Below, in pieces: positions 1-10,272 of a DNA stretch of 64,000 nt; within the stretch, counting starts at the first letter, position 1; every line of letters begins with the position of its first letter. Position numbers and translations under genes: made by a program. The DNA is from Cyanobacteria bacterium P01_D01_bin.156 (GTDB lineage Bacteria; Cyanobacteriota; Cyanobacteriia; Phormidesmidales; Phormidesmidaceae), in NCBI GenBank assembly GCA_039024555.1, contig JBCCQQ010000008.1, positions 64,001 to 128,000 on the forward strand, given 5' to 3'. The notes beneath the pieces were generated by a model. It was not told the origin of the DNA. It made no database searches and worked only from the letters and a program-made list of their open reading frames with translations.

Positions 1-2
1 CC

Positions 3-2525
3 ATTGTTGAACACAGCATAACCACACTTTGGCTAACATCAGGATTATTCAACCTGATGGTGGATGAACAGCTGAACAGTCTAAAGCCAGTTCGACAATT
101 ATTGGCAGGAGGTGACGTGCTCTCCACTCGTCACCTAGGAAAAGCCATGACAGCTCTGGAGAACACGAGAATCCTCAACGGCTATGGTCCCACGGAAGGT
201 ACCACCTTTACCTGCTGTCATCAGATTACCCTTGATGACTTAGATGAGGCCGTTCCAATCGGATCGCCCATTGACCATACCCAAATTTATGTGCTCGATG
301 GCGACCTACAACAGGTTCCTCCTGGTTTACCAGGGGAGCTATACATCGGCGGTGCTGGCCTAGCCCAGGGATATCTCAATCGCCCAGAGCTAACGGCAGA
401 AAAGTTCATTCCTAATCCGTTTTACGATATTCGTCAGCCTGGTAGCGATTGTTTTTACCTGTACAAGACAGGCGACCGAGTACGCTATAGGAACGATGGT
501 ACTTTAGAATACCTGGGTCGTTTGGACCAGCAGGTGAAAATACGCGGCTTCCGGATTGAGCTAGGAGAAATTGAAACGGCTCTATGCCATCATCCCGATA
601 TTCAGCAGGCAGTGGTGATTGTTGATGGTGAGACCGCAGAAAACAAGCGACTTGTAGCGTATCTTCAGACGGTTGCTCTTGACAAACAAAGCTCAGCTGT
701 CGGCCCCCTGTCTTCTCAGTCTTTACGCCAGTTTTTGCTGAGCCAGCTGCCCGACTACATGGTGCCTGTTAAGTTTATCTGGCTATTGGACAAGGTTCCC
801 TTAACCAATAATGGCAAGATTAATCGTAGGGCGTTACCGGCGCCTACCTGGGAAAGTAATGATGCCGTTACACCCCAAACTGACATAGAGAAAATCCTAA
901 CCAAGATTTGGACGGTGGTATTACCTGTTGAATCTGTGGGTATCTACGACAATTTCTTTGATTTAGGTGGAGACTCCATTCTAGCGATGCAAATTGTTAG
1001 CCGTGGAACCCAAGCTGGTATTGACATAACGCCCAAACAGCTTTTCCAGCACCAAACCATTGCGGAGCTAGCCGCTGTTGTTGAGCTAGGGCAAGAGCTA
1101 GCCCCTCAGGAACCGGCTGTAGGACTTGTTCCCCTGACTCCAATTCAGCATTGGTTCTTTGAGCAGTCTCTAGCAACTCCCCATCACTTTAACCAGTCTG
1201 TTTGTCTGGAGCTGCCGTTAAACACAAATACTGTAGCCCTAGAAAAATCTCTGACAGCCATTTATCAGCACCACGATGCCTTTAGACTAAGGTTTACCCA
1301 GGATGCACAAGGTTGGCATCAAGAGTACATGGATGGAACCGCCCCCAACATTCAGTGGTTTAATCTGAAACAGCTGGATAAAAGGCAACAGGATAGCGTA
1401 ATTGCAACTAAAGCAGCTCTACTTCAGCAGGGTCTTGATTTGCAGACTGGTCCGTTGGTGACCTTTGGTGGTTTCAATCTAGGCGATTCTCGTCCCGACC
1501 AATTGCTAATTGTTATTCATCATTTAGTCATTGACGGTGTTTCCTGGCGAATTTTACTGGATGATTTACGACAGGCGTATATTCAGGTTACTAATGATGG
1601 CCATGGAGAGCGACCTATTTATCTAGCTCCTAAAACTCACTCATATCAAGCATGGGCAGAGCATCTGGAGGCATTTGCTAACAGTGAAGAGATACAGTCT
1701 GCCCAGGACTACTGGAATAAGACCGCAACCAATCAGTTCCAAAGTATCCCCCAAGATCATACGAATGACAACAACACGATCGACACCTCCCAGCGGCTAA
1801 CTGTTCATCTGGATAAAGAACAAACGCAGGCACTACTACAGCAGGTACCATCCACCTACAATGCACACATCAACGATATCCTGCTAACCGCACTAGCTCT
1901 GACTTTAGTAGATTGGACAGGGCAAGCATTGATTGATTTAGAAAGCTACGGTCGTTTCTCAGAAGACTTAGATTTATCACGAACCGTAGGCTGGTTCACC
2001 TGTCTCTATCCAGTATGTTTATCCATCGATACTGACGCTCCAGTATCAAAACAAATTCGAGAGATTAAAAATCAGCTTCAGGCCGTTCCCCATGATGGCC
2101 TGAGTTATGGTCTACTGCGCTATCTAAACAACCAGAAAGACCTAGCGATTACTCCTGCAATTGGCTTTAACTATTTAGGGCAGTTGGACCTGACACAAAG
2201 CGAATTCCGCCGGATTCCTGCGATCTCAGCAAACCAGGACCCTAGTAATCAGCGACTGCACCAGATTGATATTAATAGCTGGGTCGAGGCAGGACAGTTT
2301 TCTGTAGAGTGGACGTTTAATGCTGGCTCCTATGAGAGTGAAACCATTCAGCGGCTAGCCCGACAGTTTATCAACCATCTAGAAATTATCATTGACCACA
2401 GTCTCTCTAAAGAAGACGCCGACTATACCCCTGATGACTTTAATCTAGTGCAGCTAGACCAGTCTGCCTTGGATGCGGTTCTGGCTCAGGTTAGCTTTGC
2501 CGGAGAACAGGAGGTGTCGCCATGA
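3..2525 (+). CDS. NRPS, 5'-truncated: C-terminal part of A domain (Val/Ile-like partial code), T, epimerization (E) domain
   Basis: Frame is open from base 3 (IVEHSITTLWLTSGLFNLM...), so ATG57 is internal. A motifs NGYGPTE, GELYIGGAGLAQGY, YKTGD, NGKINR. T motif FFDLGGDSI is typical of T before E. E motifs LTPIQHWFF, HHLVIDGVSWRIL, RTVGWFT, FNYLGQ. Visible code residues W-L-G-G-T-F resemble Val-type DAFWxGGTFK. Confidence 0.93.
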   Translation: MVEHSITTLWLTSGLFNLMVDEQLNSLKPVRQLLAGGDVLSTRHLGKAMTALENTRILNGYGPTEGTTFTCCHQITLDDLDEAVPIGSPIDHTQIYVLDGDLQQVPPGLPGELYIGGAGLAQGYLNRPELTAEKFIPNPFYDIRQPGSDCFYLYKTGDRVRYRNDGTLEYLGRLDQQVKIRGFRIELGEIETALCHHPDIQQAVVIVDGETAENKRLVAYLQTVALDKQSSAVGPLSSQSLRQFLLSQLPDYMVPVKFIWLLDKVPLTNNGKINRRALPAPTWESNDAVTPQTDIEKILTKIWTVVLPVESVGIYDNFFDLGGDSILAMQIVSRGTQAGIDITPKQLFQHQTIAELAAVVELGQELAPQEPAVGLVPLTPIQHWFFEQSLATPHHFNQSVCLELPLNTNTVALEKSLTAIYQHHDAFRLRFTQDAQGWHQEYMDGTAPNIQWFNLKQLDKRQQDSVIATKAALLQQGLDLQTGPLVTFGGFNLGDSRPDQLLIVIHHLVIDGVSWRILLDDLRQAYIQVTNDGHGERPIYLAPKTHSYQAWAEHLEAFANSEEIQSAQDYWNKTATNQFQSIPQDHTNDNNTIDTSQRLTVHLDKEQTQALLQQVPSTYNAHINDILLTALALTLVDWTGQALIDLESYGRFSEDLDLSRTVGWFTCLYPVCLSIDTDAPVSKQIREIKNQLQAVPHDGLSYGLLRYLNNQKDLAITPAIGFNYLGQLDLTQSEFRRIPAISANQDPSNQRLHQIDINSWVEAGQFSVEWTFNAGSYESETIQRLARQFINHLEIIIDHSLSKEDADYTPDDFNLVQLDQSALDAVLAQVSFAGEQEVSP

Positions 2526-5500
2526 GTCGCAGCAGTGTTCAAGACATCTATCCTCTGTCCCCGACCCAGCAGGGCATGTTGTTCCATAGCCTCTATGGGC
2601 CAAAATCAGGGGCCTATATTGTGCAGGTGGGTTACACCCTCAAGGGAAATCTTGATCGAGACGCCTTTAGTAGTGCCTGGCAGAATCTAATCGACCGCCA
2701 CACAATTCTGAGAACCGCCTTTGTATGGGAGAACTTAGAATCTCCCGTTCAGGTAGTGGGACAAAAGGCTGTATTGCCCATATCCTGGTTGGACTGGCAG
2801 GATATGGGCGACAGTCAGCAACAGCTGTCAACGTGGTTAGAAGCCGACCGACAGCAGGGTTTCACTCTATCGACAGCCCCCTTAATGCGATTAGCTGTGA
2901 TGCAGTTGAGCACCAACTGCTATCGTATCGTTTGGACCCACCATCACATTTTGTTAGACGGCTGGTCTCTACCTATTTTGCTCCAAGAGTGGATGGTGTA
3001 TTACCAGTCAGCTTGTTGTCAGAAAGTGCCCCAACTGGAGCCAGCTTACGCCTACCGAGACCATATTGTCTGGCTTCAGCAGCAGGATTTAAATCAGGCA
3101 AAACAGTTTTGGAAAGAGCAACTAGCCGGGATTACCACACCAACACATCTGGGCATTGACCGGAGTAAATCAGGCAACTCTCAGGCTATCTTCAAACAGC
3201 AATCGTTTGCCCTATCGACTGAGCTAACCCAGACATTTAGGGCCTTTGCGAAACAGCATCGCCTTACCCTTAGCACTTTAATCCAAGGAGCCTGGGCTAA
3301 AATACTCAGCTGCTACAGTGGAGAATCCCCTGTAATTTACGGCCTAGCCTGCTCCGGTCGGTCCAACAGCGGGGTGGCTAACGACAGTCGGATTGGTTTA
3401 TTTATTAACACCTTACCGATGGTTGTCAGAGCAGATGCTAACCAGGTGCTGCTCCCCTGGCTACAAGAGATTCAGGCCCAGCAGCTAGCCATTCAGTCCT
3501 ATGACCATACACCCCTGGTTGAGATTCAAGCGGTGAGTAATCTTTCCAAGACACTACCACTGTTTGAAACTGTCGTAGTATTTGAGAACTATCCTATTCA
3601 ATCCAGACAAAAAACCGGGGATCTAGAACTAACAGACGTTTCTATTGCAGAGCAAACAAACTATCCCCTGGCACTGTTTGCAGTGGCTACAGATACGCTA
3701 CAGCTGAAGCTGTTGTACGATAGCGGACGATTTTCAGAAGCTGCTATCAATCGCCTTGTAGGCCATCTTCAGACAGCGTTAAAAGAGATGGTTCAGGAGC
3801 GCACCTACAACATTGAGGATATTTCTCTTCTTTCGTCCATTGAAAAGGAACAGCTGCTTGAATATGGTTGTTCACTTTCGGATAGGACACCGGAACAGTC
3901 TATCCATGCAGCCTTCTCACATCAAGTCAGTCAAACCCCTGATGCCACTGCCATTATCTTTAATGGTGAATCTATCAGCTATGACATATTAAATAAGCGC
4001 GCGAATCAGTTAGCCCACTACCTGCAGCAGCAAGGCATTGTCTCCGGCAGCCTCATTGGTATTTGTACAAAACGGTCCATCGATATGGTCGTGGCACTGT
4101 TAGCCATACTGAAGGCTGGTTGTGCTTACGTGCCTCTGGACCCGATGTACCCAACAGCCCGCCTTCGTCATGCCACAGAGGATGCAGGAATAGAATGGGT
4201 AATTTCTCACGAATCTACCGTCTCTGTTGTAACAGAACTAGATGTTAAACCCATCAACCTGAATCAGGTGGCAACAACTCTGGCAAACTTGTCGACAATA
4301 GAACCTGCTAAGCAACACGATTTGGATGCCTTAGCTTACGTGATTTACACCAGTGGCAGCACTGGCAAGCCCAAGGGTGTTGCAATTCAGCACCATAGCC
4401 TAAGCAACTTGCTAGGGGCCATGGCCCGCCGTTTACATATTAAAGCCAGCGACACTCTAATGTCAGTAACCACGCTAGCTTTTGATATTGCAGCCCTGGA
4501 ACTGTTCCTGCCGTTAATTAGCGGAGCTCGCCTACTGTTAGCTAGTGATGAAATGGTTCGAGATAGTCACCAGCTAATTGCCCATCTAGATGCCTACGGT
4601 ATCGATATTATGCAGGCCACACCAGCCACCTGGCGATTGTTAATTAATACCGGCTGGAGTGGTCAAAGTGGTCTAAAAATTCTCTGTGGTGGTGAAGCTT
4701 TAGATCTTGAACTAGCTAAAAAACTAATCAGCCGTGGCGAGGAAGTCTGGAACGTCTACGGTCCCACTGAAACCACCATTTGGTCTAGTGCCCTGGAGCT
4801 ATCGTCTGAACATTTAACGGGCAGCGCCGTTCCCATCGGCCACCCGATTGATAACACTCAGTTTTATGTGTTGGATTCACAGCAACAGTCTGTCCCAATG
4901 GGCGTAGCTGGGGAGCTCTACATTGGAGGAATGGGATTAGCTCAAGGGTATTGGAATCGACCTGAGTTAACGGCAGAGAGATTTGTAGAAGTTTGTCTTG
5001 ACAGCAGAGGAGCAGAGGAGCAGAGGAGCAGAGGAGCAGGGGAGCAGGGGAGAACACCCATCACCCTTTACAAAACCGGCGACCGTGTTCGCTACCGGGA
5101 AGACGGCACTCTTGACTACCTGGGGCGCTTTGACCAACAAACTAAATTACGGGGATATCGTATAGAGCTAGGTGAGATTGAAACTGCGATCGCAGCACAT
5201 ACATCTGTCAACCAGGCCGTAGCCGCTATCCAAGGAGATCAACCAGAAGAGCAGCGTCTAGTGGCCTATATAACCCTAACTAATGGTAGTGACAGAGAGA
5301 ATCTAGCCAGGGAGCTGCGGTCTTACCTCACGCCATTACTGCCCACATATATGATTCCCAGTGCCTATCAGATATTGGACGTATTTCCCTTGACGCCCAA
5401 TGGCAAAGTGGACCGTAAGGCACTGCCCTTAGTTCAAAAATCTGTCACAACCAATCAGCCTAAAACCTCTTTGGAAAGAACATTGGCAGAAGTCTGGCAG

Positions 5501-5812
5501 TCTCTATTGAAATTGGACTCCGTTGGCATCCACGACAACTTTTTTGAAGTGGGTGGCCATTCGCTACTGGTGGTCAATGCCCAAAATCAAATTCGCCAAA
5601 AGCTGGATGTAGAAATCTCTCTGATGGATTTGTTCCAATATCCCACCCTCAGCACCCTGGCCAACTATATTAATCAACTGCAAACAGGTCAGACAGAAAA
5701 GTCACATATCCGAGATCGCACCGTCGCCCTATCCGCCGGAAAACAGCGTCTTAAAAAGCGATTAAGTCAACGACGCGAGGCAACCGATCCACTAGGAGGT
5801 GCAACAAAATGA
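2522..5812 (+). CDS. NRPS C(DCL-type)-A(Gly)-T
   Basis: N-terminal DIYPLSPTQQGMLFH and HHILLDGWS fit a DCL C domain after an E domain. A code read by eye is DILQLGVIWK (Gly type). T motif FFEVGGHSL. ATGA overlap with the upstream gene. Confidence 0.93.
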   Translation: MSRSSVQDIYPLSPTQQGMLFHSLYGPKSGAYIVQVGYTLKGNLDRDAFSSAWQNLIDRHTILRTAFVWENLESPVQVVGQKAVLPISWLDWQDMGDSQQQLSTWLEADRQQGFTLSTAPLMRLAVMQLSTNCYRIVWTHHHILLDGWSLPILLQEWMVYYQSACCQKVPQLEPAYAYRDHIVWLQQQDLNQAKQFWKEQLAGITTPTHLGIDRSKSGNSQAIFKQQSFALSTELTQTFRAFAKQHRLTLSTLIQGAWAKILSCYSGESPVIYGLACSGRSNSGVANDSRIGLFINTLPMVVRADANQVLLPWLQEIQAQQLAIQSYDHTPLVEIQAVSNLSKTLPLFETVVVFENYPIQSRQKTGDLELTDVSIAEQTNYPLALFAVATDTLQLKLLYDSGRFSEAAINRLVGHLQTALKEMVQERTYNIEDISLLSSIEKEQLLEYGCSLSDRTPEQSIHAAFSHQVSQTPDATAIIFNGESISYDILNKRANQLAHYLQQQGIVSGSLIGICTKRSIDMVVALLAILKAGCAYVPLDPMYPTARLRHATEDAGIEWVISHESTVSVVTELDVKPINLNQVATTLANLSTIEPAKQHDLDALAYVIYTSGSTGKPKGVAIQHHSLSNLLGAMARRLHIKASDTLMSVTTLAFDIAALELFLPLISGARLLLASDEMVRDSHQLIAHLDAYGIDIMQATPATWRLLINTGWSGQSGLKILCGGEALDLELAKKLISRGEEVWNVYGPTETTIWSSALELSSEHLTGSAVPIGHPIDNTQFYVLDSQQQSVPMGVAGELYIGGMGLAQGYWNRPELTAERFVEVCLDSRGAEEQRSRGAGEQGRTPITLYKTGDRVRYREDGTLDYLGRFDQQTKLRGYRIELGEIETAIAAHTSVNQAVAAIQGDQPEEQRLVAYITLTNGSDRENLARELRSYLTPLLPTYMIPSAYQILDVFPLTPNGKVDRKALPLVQKSVTTNQPKTSLERTLAEVWQSLLKLDSVGIHDNFFEVGGHSLLVVNAQNQIRQKLDVEISLMDLFQYPTLSTLANYINQLQTGQTEKSHIRDRTVALSAGKQRLKKRLSQRREATDPLGGATK
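5003..5050 (+). repeat. Intragenic octamer tandem repeat (AGCAGAGG)4(AGCAGGGG)2
   Basis: 48 bp, frame-preserving, just before YKTGD of the Gly A domain. Confidence 0.95.
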
Positions 5813-8800
5813 GTACACAACAGGCATCCCTAACCGGTTTAGAAATCGCCATTATCGGCATGGCAGGACGTTTTCCAGGGGCTCAGTCTATTGCTGAGTT
5901 TTGGCAAAATCTTCAGCAATCGGTGGAGTCGATTGTGCCCTTAGACGACGAACATCTTCTGTCACAGGGTGTGTCCGCCGAGACGTTGGCCGACCCAAGC
6001 TATGTAAAGGTAGGCGGTGTGTTGACCAACACTGACCAGTTTGATGCCGCCTTCTTTGGCTTTAGCCCCCGTGAGGCAGAGCTGTTAGATCCGCAGCAGC
6101 GAATTTTTCTAGAAACTGCCTGGGAGGCATTGGAAACCGCTGGTTACGATAGCGATCGTTATCCTGGTGGCATTGGCATCTATGGTGGTGCTGGCATGAA
6201 TGGCTACCTGCTAAATCTGTATGCCAATCCGTCCATTCGAGAGAATGTTAGTTCCTACGAGCTGTTTATCTCCAATGACAAAGACTTTTTAACCACACGG
6301 GTCTCCTACAAGCTAAATCTCCAGGGACCGAGCTTGGATGTACAAACCGCTTGTTCGTCCTCTTTGGTGGCAGTGCATCTGGCCAGTCAAGCGTTACTCA
6401 GTGGAGAATGTGATATGGCCCTGGCCGGAGGTGTGGCCATTTCAAAACAGCTAGGCTATCGCGCCCAAACCGGCAGCATCTACGCCACCGATGGCCACTG
6501 TCGTGCCTTTGATGCCCTAGCCGACGGCACCGTCGGAGGGAACGGTGTTGGCATTGTTGTGCTCAAGCGTCTAGAAGATGCCCTGGCTGACGATGATACT
6601 ATTGACGCCGTGATTAAAGGGTCAGCTATCAACAACGACGGTGCCCTGAAGGTAAGCTACACTGCCCCCCGAATTGATGCCCAAAAGGTAGTGATTCAGT
6701 CGGCTCAGGCAATGGCAGAAGTCATGCCAGAAACCATTAGCTATGTCGAAGCCCATGGTACTGGGACCAACCTAGGCGACCCCATTGAAATTGCCGCTCT
6801 CACCCAAGCATTCAACACAGAAAAAACAGGCTATTGCGCTATTGGCACTGTAAAGACCAACATTGGGCATTTAGACGCCGCCGCAGGTATCGCCGGGCTG
6901 ATTAAAACCGTGTTGGCCCTTAAGCATAAGCAAATCCCCGCAAGCTTACATTTTCAGCAACCCAATCCAAAAATCGACTTTGACAACAGTCCTTTCTATG
7001 TCAACGCTATCTCCACAGATTGGCCCCAAGGCAAAACACCCCGACGAGCAGGGGTTAGCTCCTTTGGTATCGGTGGCACTAATGCCCATGTAATTTTAGA
7101 AGAAGCCCCTGTTACGGCTCCACATTCATCAACAGAACAACCCCAGGTGCTTGTACTTTCTGCAAAGACGCCAACAGCTCTGAACTCCGCTGCAGAAAAG
7201 CTAACTGATTACTTAAGTCAATCTTCCGATGTTTCTCTAGCAGATGTCGCCTACACCTTACAGACAGGTCGGCGTACATTTAAGCATCGCCGCAGTGTTG
7301 TTGCCCAAACTGTTGAAGAAGCCATCTCCCAACTACAGGTACCCATCGCCCAAAATACAAAGGAACAGCCCAATCTAGTATTCCTTTTCCCAGGTCAGGG
7401 CAGTCAGTACTCTGGAATGGCTAGTGATCTTTACAAGACCCAACCAGTTTTCAAAGCAGCCATAGAACAATGTGGAACTTTCCTTGATGGAAAGCTTGAG
7501 TATGCTCTAACAGAACTTTTGTTTGGTGCTCTAAAAGGCCTATTACCGGAAACTCGCTACACTCAGCCCGTTCTCTTTGCTGTCGAATATGCTCTGGCTA
7601 AGCTTTGGCGCCATTGGGGCGTTAAGCCAAGCGCAATGTTGGGGCACAGCTTAGGAGAATATGTTGCCGCTTGTTTGGCGGGAGTCTTTGACTTAGAGAC
7701 TGCTCTGGAACTTGTGGTTCTTCGGGGGCAGCTAATGCAGCAGCAGGAAACCGGAGGGATGCTTTCGGTAGCGCTTTCTCCAGAAGCTTTGCAGCCTTGG
7801 CTAAGCGAGACAATTACTTTAGCAGCAACTAATGGGCCGCAGCTGTGTGCCGTGTCGGGGAAAAAAGATGCGATCGCAACCTTTCAAGCTCACCTGGAAG
7901 CAAACAACATCAGTTGTCGGCGACTGCATACCTCTCACGGGTTCCACTCATCAATGATGGAGCCTATGGTAAAGCCCTTGGTTGATGCTGTTCGCCAGGT
8001 AAAGTTAAATTCTCCCAAAATCCCTTTTATCTCTAACGTAACTGGCACCTGGATCACGTCAGAAGAAGCCACTGACCCTGCATACTGGGGACAACAGGCA
8101 CGACAGTCAGTAAAATTTAGCGAAGGTATCACGGAAATTCTTCAGCTTTCTGACGCAGTGCTGTTAGAAGTGGGTCCAGGTAATTCCCTTACTACCCTGA
8201 CACGACAACATTTATCATCGCGGCTCTCGAATCCTACAATTTATAGCCTGCCACATCCCAAGGTCGCTAGCCAGGAGAACGCCGATAGTCAACAGGTATT
8301 GACCGCCGTTGGACAACTTTGGTCGGCAGGCGTTGCTATTGACTGGAAATCTTTACACCCAGAGAATCGGCGACGTATTCCTCTGCCTACCTATCCCTTT
8401 GAGCGCAAGCGCTACTGGGTAGATATGATGGATATGAGTAAGGCAGCAGCACCTGTTGCAACTGGAGCGCTTGAGCCGGATACAACCAAGTGGTTCTACC
8501 GGCCTAGCTGGCAGCGAGTGATGCCCCCACGTAAGACGGTTGACCCAACAGAACGTCCCTGCTGGCTAATCTTTTTAGATAGTCTGGGTATTGGTCACCA
8601 GTTGGCTAAACAAATTGAGCGTGCTGGTCAGGATGTATTTACCGTCAAAGTAGGCAACAGCTTTGAACAGAGCGGGTATAGGCAGTTTAGCCTCAATCCC
8701 CAAGAGAACAACACTTATCAGCAGCTGTTAGAAGACCTACAGCTGCGGGAAATGGAGCCAACCAATATTGTCTACCTGTGGCCCTTGGATCAGGGTAACA

Positions 8801-10272
8801 AAGACTTTATAACATTGTTGAATCTGGTAAAGACCTGGGCGGTACAGACCAATCTGGTACAACTAACGGTGGTGACAGATTCTGCCTATGAGGTGGTTGG
8901 CCATGAGATCATCAATTCTCACCAGTCGTTACTACAGGGGTTGTGTCAGGTAACCAGCCAAGAATACCCTGCCATCGGCTGTCACCAGGTGGATATTTTG
9001 ACCACCGACGGCACCCCCATGCAGCAGGCAAACGCCCTATGGTCTACTCTACAGGCAGAACCGGCAGCGGTGGTGGCTCAGCGGGGACGACATCAGTGGC
9101 AACAAACTTACCAGTCTGTATCTCTGCAAACCGGTTCTCCTTTACGCAAGGGCGGGGTTTATATAGTTGTTGGTGATGTGGAGCAGGGCCTAGGACAGGT
9201 ATGGGCCAAAGCCCTAGCCAAGCAATATCGAGCAAAAATCGCTCTGATCTGCAAAGACGGTTCCAATAGTGGTGCTCTACAGGCACAGCTGTTGGAACAA
9301 GGTGCAATCGAGGTCTTGCTACTAACCGCAGAGTTAACTCAGTCTGAAAGCTTATGCAATAGTCTGGACCAGGTAGTGCAAAAACTGGGCAACATTAACG
9401 GTGTTTTCTTTAGCACTCCCACCACAAATGAAAAGTCTGCCGCCCCCATTGCCTTACTACAGTCTGAGCAGCTTGCCTATAACAATCATACAAAACAGCA
9501 GATACTGAAAGGTTTAGCGATAGCTCTCGAAAACTATCAATCTGATTTTTGCTGTGTCCAGTCTTCTCTATCTTCTGTAATTGGCGGTGTGGGTCTCGCT
9601 GCCTACTCAGGCGCTAGCCATAGCTTAGATGCCCTAGTGACCCAACAAAATCAGACTTCCCCATTCCCCTGGTTTAGCGTTAACTGGGATGCTTGGTCAG
9701 ATGAAGTATCCAAGAACGAGACCGGCTGGGGAACCAGCCTAAAGGACTTTACCCTTACATCTGAAGAAGTTTGGACGGCTACCGAACGGGTGCTTGCTCA
9801 GGCACCAGGCCAGATTGTGGTGTCCAAGGGCAATCTCCCAGCCCGCATCGCCCAATGGATTCATCCACAACCAAGATTGGCAGCCCAGGAACAGTCGGAC
9901 GGCAACCACAGTCGGCCTCAGCTATCTACGGTTTATGTGGCTCCCAGCAACGATGTTGAAAAGACCATTTCAAGTATTTGGCAGGACCTGCTGGGTCTAG
10001 AACAGGTGGGTATCCACGACAGCTTCTTTGATCTGGGGGGCCATTCTCTGCTGGCAATTCAGGTAATTTCACGGCTTCGAGAAGCGTTTCCGGTGGAAGT
10101 GGAAATGCGTAATCTTCTGTTTGAAGCTCCCACTGTGGCAGGCATCGCCGCTGTGATTACCGAACAGCTACCCCAAACAGAAGAGTTGGATACCATGGCA
10201 GCCCTATTGGCAGAAGTGCAAAGCCTATCCAGCGATGAGGTCCAGGCCCAGCTGGCGGGAGGTGACACATGA
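5809..10272 (+). CDS. Type I PKS module KS-AT-KR(degenerate)-ACP
   Basis: KS triad motifs QTACSSS, EAHGTGT, KTNIGHL. AT motifs GHSLGE and HGFHS (malonyl-like HAFH variant). The KR-like region has YIVVGDVEQGLG in place of the Gly-rich NADPH motif. ACP FFDLGGHSL. Confidence 0.93.
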   Translation: MSTQQASLTGLEIAIIGMAGRFPGAQSIAEFWQNLQQSVESIVPLDDEHLLSQGVSAETLADPSYVKVGGVLTNTDQFDAAFFGFSPREAELLDPQQRIFLETAWEALETAGYDSDRYPGGIGIYGGAGMNGYLLNLYANPSIRENVSSYELFISNDKDFLTTRVSYKLNLQGPSLDVQTACSSSLVAVHLASQALLSGECDMALAGGVAISKQLGYRAQTGSIYATDGHCRAFDALADGTVGGNGVGIVVLKRLEDALADDDTIDAVIKGSAINNDGALKVSYTAPRIDAQKVVIQSAQAMAEVMPETISYVEAHGTGTNLGDPIEIAALTQAFNTEKTGYCAIGTVKTNIGHLDAAAGIAGLIKTVLALKHKQIPASLHFQQPNPKIDFDNSPFYVNAISTDWPQGKTPRRAGVSSFGIGGTNAHVILEEAPVTAPHSSTEQPQVLVLSAKTPTALNSAAEKLTDYLSQSSDVSLADVAYTLQTGRRTFKHRRSVVAQTVEEAISQLQVPIAQNTKEQPNLVFLFPGQGSQYSGMASDLYKTQPVFKAAIEQCGTFLDGKLEYALTELLFGALKGLLPETRYTQPVLFAVEYALAKLWRHWGVKPSAMLGHSLGEYVAACLAGVFDLETALELVVLRGQLMQQQETGGMLSVALSPEALQPWLSETITLAATNGPQLCAVSGKKDAIATFQAHLEANNISCRRLHTSHGFHSSMMEPMVKPLVDAVRQVKLNSPKIPFISNVTGTWITSEEATDPAYWGQQARQSVKFSEGITEILQLSDAVLLEVGPGNSLTTLTRQHLSSRLSNPTIYSLPHPKVASQENADSQQVLTAVGQLWSAGVAIDWKSLHPENRRRIPLPTYPFERKRYWVDMMDMSKAAAPVATGALEPDTTKWFYRPSWQRVMPPRKTVDPTERPCWLIFLDSLGIGHQLAKQIERAGQDVFTVKVGNSFEQSGYRQFSLNPQENNTYQQLLEDLQLREMEPTNIVYLWPLDQGNKDFITLLNLVKTWAVQTNLVQLTVVTDSAYEVVGHEIINSHQSLLQGLCQVTSQEYPAIGCHQVDILTTDGTPMQQANALWSTLQAEPAAVVAQRGRHQWQQTYQSVSLQTGSPLRKGGVYIVVGDVEQGLGQVWAKALAKQYRAKIALICKDGSNSGALQAQLLEQGAIEVLLLTAELTQSESLCNSLDQVVQKLGNINGVFFSTPTTNEKSAAPIALLQSEQLAYNNHTKQQILKGLAIALENYQSDFCCVQSSLSSVIGGVGLAAYSGASHSLDALVTQQNQTSPFPWFSVNWDAWSDEVSKNETGWGTSLKDFTLTSEEVWTATERVLAQAPGQIVVSKGNLPARIAQWIHPQPRLAAQEQSDGNHSRPQLSTVYVAPSNDVEKTISSIWQDLLGLEQVGIHDSFFDLGGHSLLAIQVISRLREAFPVEVEMRNLLFEAPTVAGIAAVITEQLPQTEELDTMAALLAEVQSLSSDEVQAQLAGGDT

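Noticed and set aside
57..59. ATG57 as the start of the first NRPS
   Set aside because: The frame is open from base 3 and begins mid A domain, so the gene starts upstream of the window.
1940..1965. E domain inactive because EGHGRE reads ESYGRF
   Set aside because: The catalytic His motif and the Glu are retained, the T is GGDS type and the next C is DCL type, so there is not enough evidence of inactivity.
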